NCBI GenBank assembly: GCA_040881785.1
Contig: JBBECO010000271.1
Span: 1-54,810, forward strand
Origin: Vicinamibacterales bacterium
GTDB lineage: Bacteria > Acidobacteriota > Vicinamibacteria > Vicinamibacterales > 2-12-FULL-66-21
DNA: 54,810 nucleotides
Direction: 5' to 3'
Part shown: piece after piece, positions 35,275-42,897 of the stretch
How positions within the stretch are numbered: position 1 is the first letter of the stretch
Layout of the letters: the number at the start of each line of letters is the position of its first letter
Notes under the pieces: generated by a model
The model's input: the letters and a program-made list of their open reading frames with translations, nothing else
Told to the model about the DNA's origin: nothing
Database searches by the model: none
Made by a program: the position numbers and the translations under genes

Positions 35275-35376
35275 CGCTGAGGGTGCGGGCGGCTGCGCCT
35301 GAGGGTGCGGGCGCTTCACTGAAGGTGCGGGCGCTTCGCTGAGAGTGCCTCAACCTCCCGCACTTCCAGCGTCAGT
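35275..35376. repeat. Tandem array (about 20-22 bp period, 3-4 copies) of CTGARGGTGCGGGCG units plus one inverted copy
   Basis: Units start at 35277, 35299, 35319 and 35339. An inverted copy CCCGCACTTCCAGCGTCAG at 35358-35376 overlaps the stop codon (35372-35374) of the propeller gene. The sequence is related to REP family 1. Confidence 0.8.
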
Positions 35377-37591
35377 TCTTTTTGATCTCCGCGACCGCCG
35401 TTGCGACATTGTTCATCGCGTCAGTCACGCGAATGATGACGCTCCGCGCGGCGTCCCCCTCATCCAGCAGCACCTCGAAATCCTCGCGGCGGGAGTCCGG
35501 GATGCCGTCTTTCGGGTGCACCAGGCGCCAGCGGCTGGCGTCGAGGGAATACTCCACGCGGTGGACCGCGGACTGCTCGTCGCGGACGGTGAAGGTGATG
35601 CTCGTGCGCGCGCCGCTGCGCGCCGGCGGCTGGATCTCCACGCGCGGTGGCGTGTTGTCGATATCGAAGCTCGCGCTTTCGAGCTCGCCCGTGAGCGCGT
35701 TGCCCGGAGCATTCGACGGCGCGTCGCTCGCGGTGATCTTCACCAGGTAGGTGCCGTCCGGCACCGACGTCGTGTCCCACACGAAGATGGGATCCCAGGC
35801 CCCGCGGTGCAGCACGCGCCAGGCGGTTTCCCCCTCGCGGCGATACGACACATCGAACTGGAGCCGGTCGTCGTTGCCATCCTCGGCTTTCCAGACGAAG
35901 GTCTGCAGGCCTTTCTGGTACAGCCGCCGTCCGAGAGCCGGCGCGGCGCTCTGGCGCGGCTCCGCGGACGCATTGGGTTGCCGGCCGTCGGCCGTCGTGT
36001 CCTGGAGCCCCGCGATTTCCGGATCGCCCGTCGAGAAGGGACGCTGGAACACCGTGCCGGGCGGGTGGACGGTAATGGACGCCAGCACCGGCCGCAGGTT
36101 CCGCGGCAGGTACGCCGCGGTGACCGACGTCAGCACGGGGCTCGCGCTCCCCGCACGGGTCATGGTCAGGCGCCACTGCAGGTATCGCGCGTTCGGACTC
36201 GAGATCTGCTCGCCGGCGGCGTTCGTGTACGGCGCCGACCAGGGGCTCCACGTCTCATCGGGTGATGACGTGTTGCCGGTGCGCGTGGCGACGTCGATGC
36301 GGCCGCCGTTGAGCGCGGCGCGCCACCGGATCACGCCCCAGGTGGCCACCGTGCCGGCATCACGCACTTCCGACTCGTAGGTGCCGCGCCGGGCCGGTTC
36401 GGGGGAGAGCGCGAACAGCTTTCCGGGATTGCTCGCGGCACCGATGATGCGGCCCGAGGTCTCGCGGACGAGGGCGGTGACCTGCCGCGCGCCCGCACGA
36501 GCGAGGAGGGTGGCGCGGGCCGGCTCGCCGGCGATGCGGAAGATCTTCCCCTCGGTCCCGGTCCCGACGAGCAGACTGCCGTCCGGCTCGATCACGAGAT
36601 CGAAGGGGGCATCCTCGCCGGTGTCCCACACCAGGTCCCACAGGCCATCGGGCTGGATCTTGTAGATCGCGCCACGCCCGGGCCGGCGGCTCGAGCGCGG
36701 CGGCGAGGGAGGCGCGGCGCCCGTGATCGGGCTCTCGATGGCAGCGACGCCGGTGATCTCGGCCGAGACGGTGCCGACCGGCGGACGCGGCGGTTCCGAC
36801 GCCGACGGCTCGGGGGGCGCGGAGGCGCCGCCGACGCCGTTGACCGCAGCGGCGTAGATCGTGCCGTCGCCGGCCACCTTCAGGGCGTGGATCTCGCGGT
36901 ACGGGGAGTCGAGCAGGACGAACGCCTTGCCGGCGGCGTCGATGCGGAACACGCGGCCGGGCGATTCGGTGCCGGCGAGCAGCTCGCCGGTCCGCGTGAA
37001 GGCGAGGCTGATGACGTTGGTCGCGTTGGTGCGATAGAAGGGGACGCCCTTGCCGTCGGGGGTGATCTTGTAGATGACCCCTTTGTCACCGGTGGCCGCG
37101 AACACGGTGCCGGCGCGGTCGGTCGCCAGCGACCAGATGTACTTGTCGTCCGGATCGAAGAACGTGCGCGACGTGCCGCCGGCCGACACGTGATAGATGC
37201 GGCCGTCGGGGGAGGTGCCGACGTACAGCCCGCCGTCCGGCGCCGGCGCGACGGCATGCACCTCGAGCTCGGCCGCATCGAACAAGGTCGACACCGCGCC
37301 ATCCTTGGCAACCCGCAGCAGCTTGCCTTCGTTGCCGCTCCCGGTCCACAGCGTGCCGTCAGTGCCGGCGTGCAGGGTCCAGAGGAACGGGGCCGAGGTG
37401 TCGGCGACGAGGGAAGCTGGCGGCCCGAGGAACATGCGGCCGTCGCTGTCGATCGACAGGTCCTGGACGTCCCCCTTGAGGAAATCGGCCTGCGTGCCGA
37501 CGGTCCAGAACGTCGGGGCGGCGGCCGACACCGCGACCCAGAAGCCGGCCACGACCGCCAGGGCGGCCGCGGCGGCGCGAAGATTCAACAT
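35372..37591 (-). CDS. Secreted beta-propeller repeat protein with C-terminal Ig/FlgD-like domains
   Basis: Signal peptide. More than 8 repeats of the type DG.(L/I)(Y/F).(G/A)T...G.(I/V)(Y/F)(R/K)(I/V). The C-terminal beta-sandwich-like region contains DIDNTPPRVEI. Confidence 0.75.
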   Translation of the reverse strand: MLNLRAAAAALAVVAGFWVAVSAAAPTFWTVGTQADFLKGDVQDLSIDSDGRMFLGPPASLVADTSAPFLWTLHAGTDGTLWTGSGNEGKLLRVAKDGAVSTLFDAAELEVHAVAPAPDGGLYVGTSPDGRIYHVSAGGTSRTFFDPDDKYIWSLATDRAGTVFAATGDKGVIYKITPDGKGVPFYRTNATNVISLAFTRTGELLAGTESPGRVFRIDAAGKAFVLLDSPYREIHALKVAGDGTIYAAAVNGVGGASAPPEPSASEPPRPPVGTVSAEITGVAAIESPITGAAPPSPPRSSRRPGRGAIYKIQPDGLWDLVWDTGEDAPFDLVIEPDGSLLVGTGTEGKIFRIAGEPARATLLARAGARQVTALVRETSGRIIGAASNPGKLFALSPEPARRGTYESEVRDAGTVATWGVIRWRAALNGGRIDVATRTGNTSSPDETWSPWSAPYTNAAGEQISSPNARYLQWRLTMTRAGSASPVLTSVTAAYLPRNLRPVLASITVHPPGTVFQRPFSTGDPEIAGLQDTTADGRQPNASAEPRQSAAPALGRRLYQKGLQTFVWKAEDGNDDRLQFDVSYRREGETAWRVLHRGAWDPIFVWDTTSVPDGTYLVKITASDAPSNAPGNALTGELESASFDIDNTPPRVEIQPPARSGARTSITFTVRDEQSAVHRVEYSLDASRWRLVHPKDGIPDSRREDFEVLLDEGDAARSVIIRVTDAMNNVATAVAEIKKN

Positions 37592-37615
37592 CAGATGAAC
37601 TTAGCAGAAAAGACG

Positions 37616-39502
37616 TCAGCGCCCGGCGGCCGGCCGGGTCTCGACATCGACGGTCAGCGTGCGCGTGCCCGACACGGCGACGTTCATCGGGATCTCGTAT
37701 TCCCCGACGGCGGCGCTGCGGATCGGGCTGAAGCTGCCCCCATTCCGGTCGGCTTCGAGCACGGAGAGCACCGACGGCGGGAGGGCCGTCAACGCCTCGC
37801 CATGCACGACGGCGCCGGCGGCCCCCGTCAGGACGCGGACGTAGATGCGATTGTTCCGGCGCGTCTCGTTGAGGACGCGGATCATCTGCGCGACGCTCTG
37901 CGGCTGCAGCGTGCGGCGCATCTCGCGCTGCTCGATCGCATTCAACTGCCGTCCGTCGGTCACCGTGACGGTCAGCGGGCCGGTCGTATTGGCGGGGATC
38001 ATCAGGTCCACGGTGGAGATCGTCTCCTCGCCGCGATAGCTGCGCGTGAGCACCTTCAGCGGGACGGTGCGGCCGGCGCGCGGCCGGAGCTCGTCGATCC
38101 ACACACGCTCGATCGTCGCGATCAGCGGCGTTTCGCTCGCGTCGATGGTGAAGTCGAGCCCGTCGAGCGTCACCGCCTCGCGGTCGTTCGACATCAGCAT
38201 GGCGAGCGGTCCGCCGACCGACGTCGCCGCGGCCAGCGTCTGCGACTCGCCGGCATACACGTCCTCGAACGTCACGTCCGCGTGGCCTCGGATCTTCACG
38301 CGTCCCTTCAGCGCGAACGTCGCGACGCCGAAGCCCCGCTCATAACCCGAGAGCGCGTTGAACAGCGTGATGTAGGAGAGCAGCGGCGTGAACGTCTCGT
38401 CGGCGCCGATGTCGAAGCGGAACGTGCGGGTCGTCGCCTCGCCGCCGCGCCGGGAGTTCAGCGTCACGGTCATCGGAATCGTCGCGGGCCCCTTCCCGAG
38501 CGTGCCGGCGATGGCGGTCGCGCGATCCTGCCGCATGGTGCCGATCACGTCGCCCAGCGTCGAGATCTTGAACGAGGACATCAGGCTCGGCAGCATCGCA
38601 TAGACATAGGCGCGTGTCATCGGCAGCGCGGCCGGTCCCATGTTGAAGAAGGGATGGCCGAACGCGTAGACCCGGTCGCCGTCGATGTGCGTGATCGTGC
38701 CGGTGGCGCCCATCTCGACGTCACCGCCGACGAGAGACACGCCGACGGCGTCCCCTTCGCGCAACGGCCCGGTCATCGCCGCACGCTCTGCGGCAGACGC
38801 GCGGCCGCCGACCGCGCCGCCGGCCATCGGGGTGAACCCGGCACCGCCGAACATCGACGTCACGAGCGCCATCGTCTCGGGCTCGAAGCCGCTCATCAAC
38901 AGCGGCGTCGCGATCGGCCTGAGCATCGTCCCGAGCTGCCCGCCTTCGGACGCCGGCAGGCCGAGCGAGCGGACGTCGGCGGCGCGGCTGGCAAACGGCG
39001 CGAGGCGCTGATACGACTGCCGCATGGCGGCCGCCAGTGATTCCGGCGTAATCGGCAGCTCGATTCGCGCGGCCTCATGCGTGCGCCGCGCGGCGGCCGC
39101 CGTCGCGTCCGTCATTTCCTCGATCGGCGTGATGCCCGCAATGGCCTCGGTGGGGAAACTCCCGATCGAGTAGGCCACGGCACCGATGAGCCGGCCGTCC
39201 ACGTAGACCGGGCTTCCGCTCATGCCAGCCGCCACGCCCGTCTTCGCGAGCGGACCGCCTTCCAGCCTCGCCAGGATCAGATCGCGTTTGGGCCCCTGGA
39301 TGTTCCGGAGCACGCCGATGATGTGCACCGTGAATTCGCTCAGCTCGCTTCCCTCGAAGACCGTGCGGCCGACACCGACCATGCCCGGCTTGACCTCGGC
39401 CACGGGCATCAACCGGGCCCGGGCCTGCCGGGCCGAGACGTCGAGCGAGACAAGGGGCAGGGCGGCGAGCAGCAGCGCCGCGGCGGCAGTTCTGTAAGTC
39501 AT
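37616..39502 (-). CDS. S55 (SpoIVB-like) / trypsin-fold serine peptidase family protein
   Basis: Signal peptide. N-terminal region MPVAEVKPGMVGVGRTVFEGSELSEFTVHIIGVL...GPLAKTGVAAGMSGSPVYVDGRLIGAVAY with a GMSGSPVY catalytic-serine motif, as in peptidase S55. Confidence 0.7.
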   Translation of the reverse strand: MTYRTAAAALLLAALPLVSLDVSARQARARLMPVAEVKPGMVGVGRTVFEGSELSEFTVHIIGVLRNIQGPKRDLILARLEGGPLAKTGVAAGMSGSPVYVDGRLIGAVAYSIGSFPTEAIAGITPIEEMTDATAAAARRTHEAARIELPITPESLAAAMRQSYQRLAPFASRAADVRSLGLPASEGGQLGTMLRPIATPLLMSGFEPETMALVTSMFGGAGFTPMAGGAVGGRASAAERAAMTGPLREGDAVGVSLVGGDVEMGATGTITHIDGDRVYAFGHPFFNMGPAALPMTRAYVYAMLPSLMSSFKISTLGDVIGTMRQDRATAIAGTLGKGPATIPMTVTLNSRRGGEATTRTFRFDIGADETFTPLLSYITLFNALSGYERGFGVATFALKGRVKIRGHADVTFEDVYAGESQTLAAATSVGGPLAMLMSNDREAVTLDGLDFTIDASETPLIATIERVWIDELRPRAGRTVPLKVLTRSYRGEETISTVDLMIPANTTGPLTVTVTDGRQLNAIEQREMRRTLQPQSVAQMIRVLNETRRNNRIYVRVLTGAAGAVVHGEALTALPPSVLSVLEADRNGGSFSPIRSAAVGEYEIPMNVAVSGTRTLTVDVETRPAAGR

Positions 39503-39516
39503 AATGGAATCATCTA

Positions 39517-39522
39517 GTTATA
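39517..39522 (-). promoter_or_regulatory. Candidate -10 box (TATAAC on the minus strand) for the S55 peptidase operon
   Basis: The plus strand reads GTTATAAG. The minus-strand TATAAC lies 14 nt upstream of the ATG at 39502. Confidence 0.3.
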
Positions 39523-39524
39523 AG
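39519..39524 (+). promoter_or_regulatory. Candidate -10 box (TATAAG) for the aro/trp leader transcript
   Basis: It overlaps the divergent minus-strand -10 within GTTATAAG, in the most AT-rich stretch of the 380-nt divergent region. Confidence 0.3.
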
Positions 39525-39576
39525 GATCATCGGCTCTGGAATCAAGGCAAAAGCCACGGCAGAGCCACGAATTCCG

Positions 39577-39663
39577 GGGTCAGAAGTTGATTCTTGCGCG
39601 ATTGTCCGCCACCGGGGACAGTCGTGCGATGAGGACAATCGCGCAAGAATCAAGATCTGACCC
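39577..39663. repeat. Long inverted repeat: 21-bp perfect stem plus an 8-bp outer extension, with a 25-nt loop
   Basis: TTGATTCTTGCGCGATTGTCC (39587-39607) is the exact reverse complement of GGACAATCGCGCAAGAATCAA (39633-39653). The outer arms GGGTCAGA (39577-39584) and TCTGACCC (39656-39663) pair after a 2x2 mismatch. Confidence 0.85.
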
Positions 39664-39704
39664 ACTTGCAGTTCCTCGGCGCCTCTGTTAAGGTCACAAA
39701 CGTT

Positions 39705-39791
39705 TTGACGCAGAACGTCCTCAGCCGGTCGAGCCGCTATGACCAGTCCTATTGGTGGTGGCACGTCTGTGCTGGGGGTGCGAACTGTTAG
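39705..39791 (+). CDS. Candidate trp leader peptide, (M)TQNVLSRSSRYDQSYWWWHVCAGGANC
   Basis: Three consecutive TGG codons at 39753-39761, preceded by two Tyr codons. Stop TAG at 39789-39791. In-frame TTG starts at 39705 (AAGG 11 nt upstream) or 39666; there is no in-frame ATG or GTG. It sits 33 nt upstream of an intrinsic terminator and in front of the trp genes. Confidence 0.5.
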   Translation: MTQNVLSRSSRYDQSYWWWHVCAGGANC

Positions 39792-39823
39792 CCGTCTAAC
39801 GACACGACGGCGCCGGATCCAAG

Positions 39824-39860
39824 CCTCCCAGCCCTGCGGCTGAGGAGGTTTTTTTATTTT
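39824..39860 (+). terminator. Intrinsic terminator in the 5' leader (attenuator) of the aro/trp supraoperon
   Basis: Stem CCTCCCAGCC / GGCTGAGGAGG (11 bp with one bulged A), loop CTGC, followed by TTTTTTTATTTT. No plus-strand gene lies upstream for it to terminate. Confidence 0.75.
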
Positions 39861-39883
39861 GACGTGTAGCGCAGCCCTTTATG

Positions 39884-39931
39884 GGCTGCCGGATCGGCTG
39901 CCGGATCGGCTGCCTGATGGGCTGCCTGAGA
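39884..39931 (+). repeat. Four tandem 12-bp repeats GGCTGCC(G/T)GAT(C/G)
   Basis: Units at 39884-39895, 39896-39907, 39908-39919 and 39920-39931, between the terminator and the aroDE start. A 7-bp hairpin GCAGCCC-TTTAT-GGGCTGC (39871-39889) overlaps the first unit. Confidence 0.85.
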
Positions 39932-39934
39932 ACG

Positions 39935-41401
39935 ATGACTCAACTCTGCGCGACGGTCACGGGACGGACGATGGAGGAGGTGCGGCGTGCGCGGGACGCC
40001 GCGGCCGGCGCCGACATCATCGAGGTCCGCCTGGACGGCGTCGCGGATCCCGACCCGGCTGCCGCGCTCGAAGGACGGCTGCGGCCTGTGATCGTGACCT
40101 GCCGTCCCCGGTGGGAAGGCGGCGGCTTCGACGGATCCGAGGAGGAGCGCCGACGGGTGCTGGTCGGGGCGATGGACGCCGGGGCGGAGTACGTGGACGT
40201 CGAGCTGCGGGCCGGATTCGCGGGGGACCTTCTGCGCCTTCGGCGCGGCCGCGGTGTCGTCGTGTCGATGCACCAGTTCGGCCCGCGCTCCGGCGATCTG
40301 GACGGCCAGATGCGCGCACTCCGGTCCACCGGCGCGGACGTCGTCAAGCTGGCCGTGGAGGTGGACTCGCTGGCCGAGACGCTGCCGCTCTACGAGCTCG
40401 GCCTTCGCGCCGGGCAGGAAGGCGGCCGGCAGGGGCACGTGCTGATCGCCATGGGACCGCGCGGCACGCATACCCGCGTGCTCGCCGCCCGGCTGCGCAA
40501 CCGATGGACGTATGCCGGGGAGGCCGTCGCGCCCGGGCAGCTCCCTGCAGATCGTCTGCTCGAGGAATTCAGGTTCCGGCGAATCTCGCCTGATGCGGAT
40601 CTCTACGGTGTGGTCGGCGCTCCCGTCTCGCAGTCCCTGTCGCCGGCGATGCACAACGCCGGGTTCGCGCACGCGGGACTCAACGCGGCCTACCTCGCGC
40701 TCGAGGCGAGGGACGCCGACGACTTCGTCACCTTCGCCCGCGCCATGGGCCTGCGCGGGGCCTCGATCACGGCCCCGCTGAAGGTGGACATGCTGAAACG
40801 GGTGGACGAATGCGATCCGCTCTCGACCCGCGTCGGCGCCATCAATACGCTGATCATCCGGGATGGGCGCTGGATCGGGACGAACACCGACCTTGCCGGA
40901 TTCGTGACGCCGCTCAAAGGGCGGATGGCGCTCCGCGGCACCCGCGCCGCCGTGCTCGGTGCCGGCGGCGCCGCGCGCGCGGTGGCGGTGGCGCTGAAAG
41001 GGGAAGGCGCACGCGTCCGCATCTGCGCGCGGCGCGCGGATCAGGCCAGAGACGTGGCCGCGCAGCTCCGCGTACTCGCAGGCCCCTTCCCGCCACGACC
41101 GGGGACGTGGGACGTCCTCGTGAACGCCACCAGCAGCGGCCGTCAGGCCGGTGACGTGAACCCCATGGCGGGGATGCGACTCGACGGCGAGATCGTCTTC
41201 GACCTGACGTACTCGCCGGAAGTGACGCCGCTGATCGCGCAGGCGCGCGAGGCGGGCTGCTGGACGATCGGCGGGATCGAGATGCTCATCGGCCAGGCGG
41301 AGCGGCAATTCGAGCTCTGGACGGGCGAGGCGCCCCCTCCGGGGTTGTTCCGGGCCGCCGTCGACACCGCCCGGGGATTGCAAACAGGAGTGCGCGCGTG
41401 A
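39935..41401 (+). CDS. aroD/aroE: Bifunctional 3-dehydroquinate dehydratase (type I) / shikimate dehydrogenase fusion
   Basis: N-terminal half LCATVTGRTMEE...ADIIEVRLD...VIVTCR...EYVDVEL... is type I DHQase-like. C-terminal half YGVVGAPVSQSLSPAMHNAGF...GASITAPLK...NTD..GF is AroE-like. Preferred start MTQLCATV at 39935. The ORF-track ATG at 39881 would translate the 12-bp repeats. Confidence 0.85.
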   Translation: MTQLCATVTGRTMEEVRRARDAAAGADIIEVRLDGVADPDPAAALEGRLRPVIVTCRPRWEGGGFDGSEEERRRVLVGAMDAGAEYVDVELRAGFAGDLLRLRRGRGVVVSMHQFGPRSGDLDGQMRALRSTGADVVKLAVEVDSLAETLPLYELGLRAGQEGGRQGHVLIAMGPRGTHTRVLAARLRNRWTYAGEAVAPGQLPADRLLEEFRFRRISPDADLYGVVGAPVSQSLSPAMHNAGFAHAGLNAAYLALEARDADDFVTFARAMGLRGASITAPLKVDMLKRVDECDPLSTRVGAINTLIIRDGRWIGTNTDLAGFVTPLKGRMALRGTRAAVLGAGGAARAVAVALKGEGARVRICARRADQARDVAAQLRVLAGPFPPRPGTWDVLVNATSSGRQAGDVNPMAGMRLDGEIVFDLTYSPEVTPLIAQAREAGCWTIGGIEMLIGQAERQFELWTGEAPPPGLFRAAVDTARGLQTGVRA

Positions 41402-42888
41402 AACAGACGTCGTTCGAAGAGTTCGTGGATCTTTCCCGTCGCGGCACCTTCGTGCCGGTGGTCCGGGAAATCATGGCCGACCTGCTGACGCCGGTCTCGG
41501 CCTTCATCAAGATCGCGGAACACTCCGACTACGCCTTCCTGTTCGAGTCGGTCGAAGGGGGTGAACAGGTCGCGCGGTACTCGTTCCTCGGCAAGGACCC
41601 GTTTCTCGTGCTGCGGGCCCGGGGCAGCCGCAGCGTCATCGACCGGTCCGGCGTCACGAGTGAGCTCGACGAGCCCTTCGTCTCCGTGATGCGCCGGCTG
41701 ATGACCGAATTCCGCGCGCCGTTCGTGCCGGGCCTGCCGCGCTTTACGGGGGGCGCCGTGGGCTTCGTCGGCTACGACGCGGCGGCCGTCTTCGAACCGG
41801 CGCTCGAGGAGGCGTGGCGCGACGCCGGCTGGTCGGGCGACGCGGCCGCCGAAGATGACGCCGGGTTCATGCTGTTCGACACGGTGCTGGCGTTCGATCA
41901 CGTGAAGCACCGCATCCTGATCATCGCCAACGCGCGCGTGACGGCCGACGAAGATCTCGGCGCGCTCTACCAGTTCGCCTGCGCGAAGATCGATTTCCTC
42001 GAACGGGAGCTCGAGCGCGGCCTCTCGCAACCGGAGCGGACGATTGGCGCGGCGCCCGCCGTCTGGTCCAACCTGACGCAGGCGGAGTTCGAGGGCGGCG
42101 TGCGCGCGATCCAGGAACGGATCAACGCCGGGGACATCTACCAGGCCGTCCTTTCGCAGCGCTTCGAGGCGGACGTGACGGCCGATCCGTTCACCGTCTA
42201 CCGGGCCCTGCGCCACGTGAACCCCTCGCCCTACATGTATTTTCTCCGCATGGGCCGGCTCGCCATTGTCGGCTCGAGTCCGGAGATGCTCGTCCGGGTC
42301 GAAGGACGGCGCGTCGAGACCCATCCGATCGCCGGCACGCGTCCCCGCGGCAGCAACGACGAAGACGACCTGCGCCTCGCCGAGGAACTCAGGCGCAGCG
42401 AGAAGGAACGGGCCGAGCATGTCATGCTCGTGGACCTCGGGCGCAACGATCTCGGGCGCGTGAGCGACTTCGGCTCGGTGCGCGTGCCGCAGTACATGAC
42501 GCTCGAGCGCTACTCGCACGTCATGCACCTCGTCTCGACGGTCGAGAGCACGCTGGCCGAGGAGTACGATCACCTCGACGCGCTGGTCGCCTGCTTTCCG
42601 GCAGGCACCGTCTCCGGCGCGCCGAAGATCCGCGCGATGCAGATCCTCGCCGCGCTCGAGCCCACCCGGCGCGACATCTACGCCGGGGCGGTGGGCTACA
42701 TCGACTTTGCCGGCAACCTGGATTTCTGCATCGCGATCCGGACGATCACGATCCGCGACGGGCGCGCGCGGATCCAGGCCGGGGCGGGCATCGTCGCCGA
42801 CTCGAACCCCGCGGGCGAGTACGACGAGACCTGCGACAAGGCGCGCGCCCTGCTGCAGGCGCTCACGATGGCCGAAGCCGGGCTCTGA
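41398..42888 (+). CDS. trpE: Anthranilate synthase component I
   Basis: LLTPVSAF, LFESVEGGE..ARYSF and GAVGY..F.GNLDFCIAIRT motifs. GTGA overlap with aroDE. Confidence 0.95.
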   Translation: MKQTSFEEFVDLSRRGTFVPVVREIMADLLTPVSAFIKIAEHSDYAFLFESVEGGEQVARYSFLGKDPFLVLRARGSRSVIDRSGVTSELDEPFVSVMRRLMTEFRAPFVPGLPRFTGGAVGFVGYDAAAVFEPALEEAWRDAGWSGDAAAEDDAGFMLFDTVLAFDHVKHRILIIANARVTADEDLGALYQFACAKIDFLERELERGLSQPERTIGAAPAVWSNLTQAEFEGGVRAIQERINAGDIYQAVLSQRFEADVTADPFTVYRALRHVNPSPYMYFLRMGRLAIVGSSPEMLVRVEGRRVETHPIAGTRPRGSNDEDDLRLAEELRRSEKERAEHVMLVDLGRNDLGRVSDFGSVRVPQYMTLERYSHVMHLVSTVESTLAEEYDHLDALVACFPAGTVSGAPKIRAMQILAALEPTRRDIYAGAVGYIDFAGNLDFCIAIRTITIRDGRARIQAGAGIVADSNPAGEYDETCDKARALLQALTMAEAGL

Positions 42889-42897
42889 GGTGCCGCC

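Noticed and set aside
35275-35376. Possible CRISPR array, because of the short direct repeats. Also considered for 11863-11958 and 39884-39931.
   Set aside because: The repeat periods are 12-56 bp with essentially no unique spacers of CRISPR size, there are at most 2-4 copies, no cas genes are present, and the units are related to dispersed REP hairpins.
39510-39764. 84-aa minus-strand ORF inside the aro/trp leader region.
   Set aside because: It spans the inverted repeat and the AT-rich promoter region, has no Shine-Dalgarno and no recognisable motifs, and would overlap the divergent promoter of the S55 operon.
39759-39773. TGGCACGTCTGTGCT resembling a sigma54 -24/-12 promoter inside the trp leader.
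   Set aside because: The GG to GC spacing is 9 nt rather than the required 10, and the -12 element is TGCT rather than TTGC. The TGGCAC arises from the Trp-His codons.
39525-39860. T-box riboswitch or TRAP-type regulation of the trp leader.
   Set aside because: - T-box: the long hairpin is an almost perfect duplex with no specifier-loop-like internal loop or K-turn. No T-box consensus (…GGUGGNACCGCG) lies adjacent to the terminator; GGUGGUGGCACG is only a partial resemblance and sits 60 nt away.
- TRAP: this needs about 11 (G/U)AG triplets spaced by 2-3 nt, and they are absent. The 12-nt repeats lie downstream of the terminator.
39881-39934. ATG at 39881 as the aroDE start (adds MGCRIGCRIGCLMGCLRT).
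   Set aside because: Similarity to type I DHQases starts at MTQLCATV (39935). The ATG at 39881 has no Shine-Dalgarno and sits in a hairpin, and the extension is just the translated 12-bp repeats. It is kept as an open question in the findings rather than as the called start.
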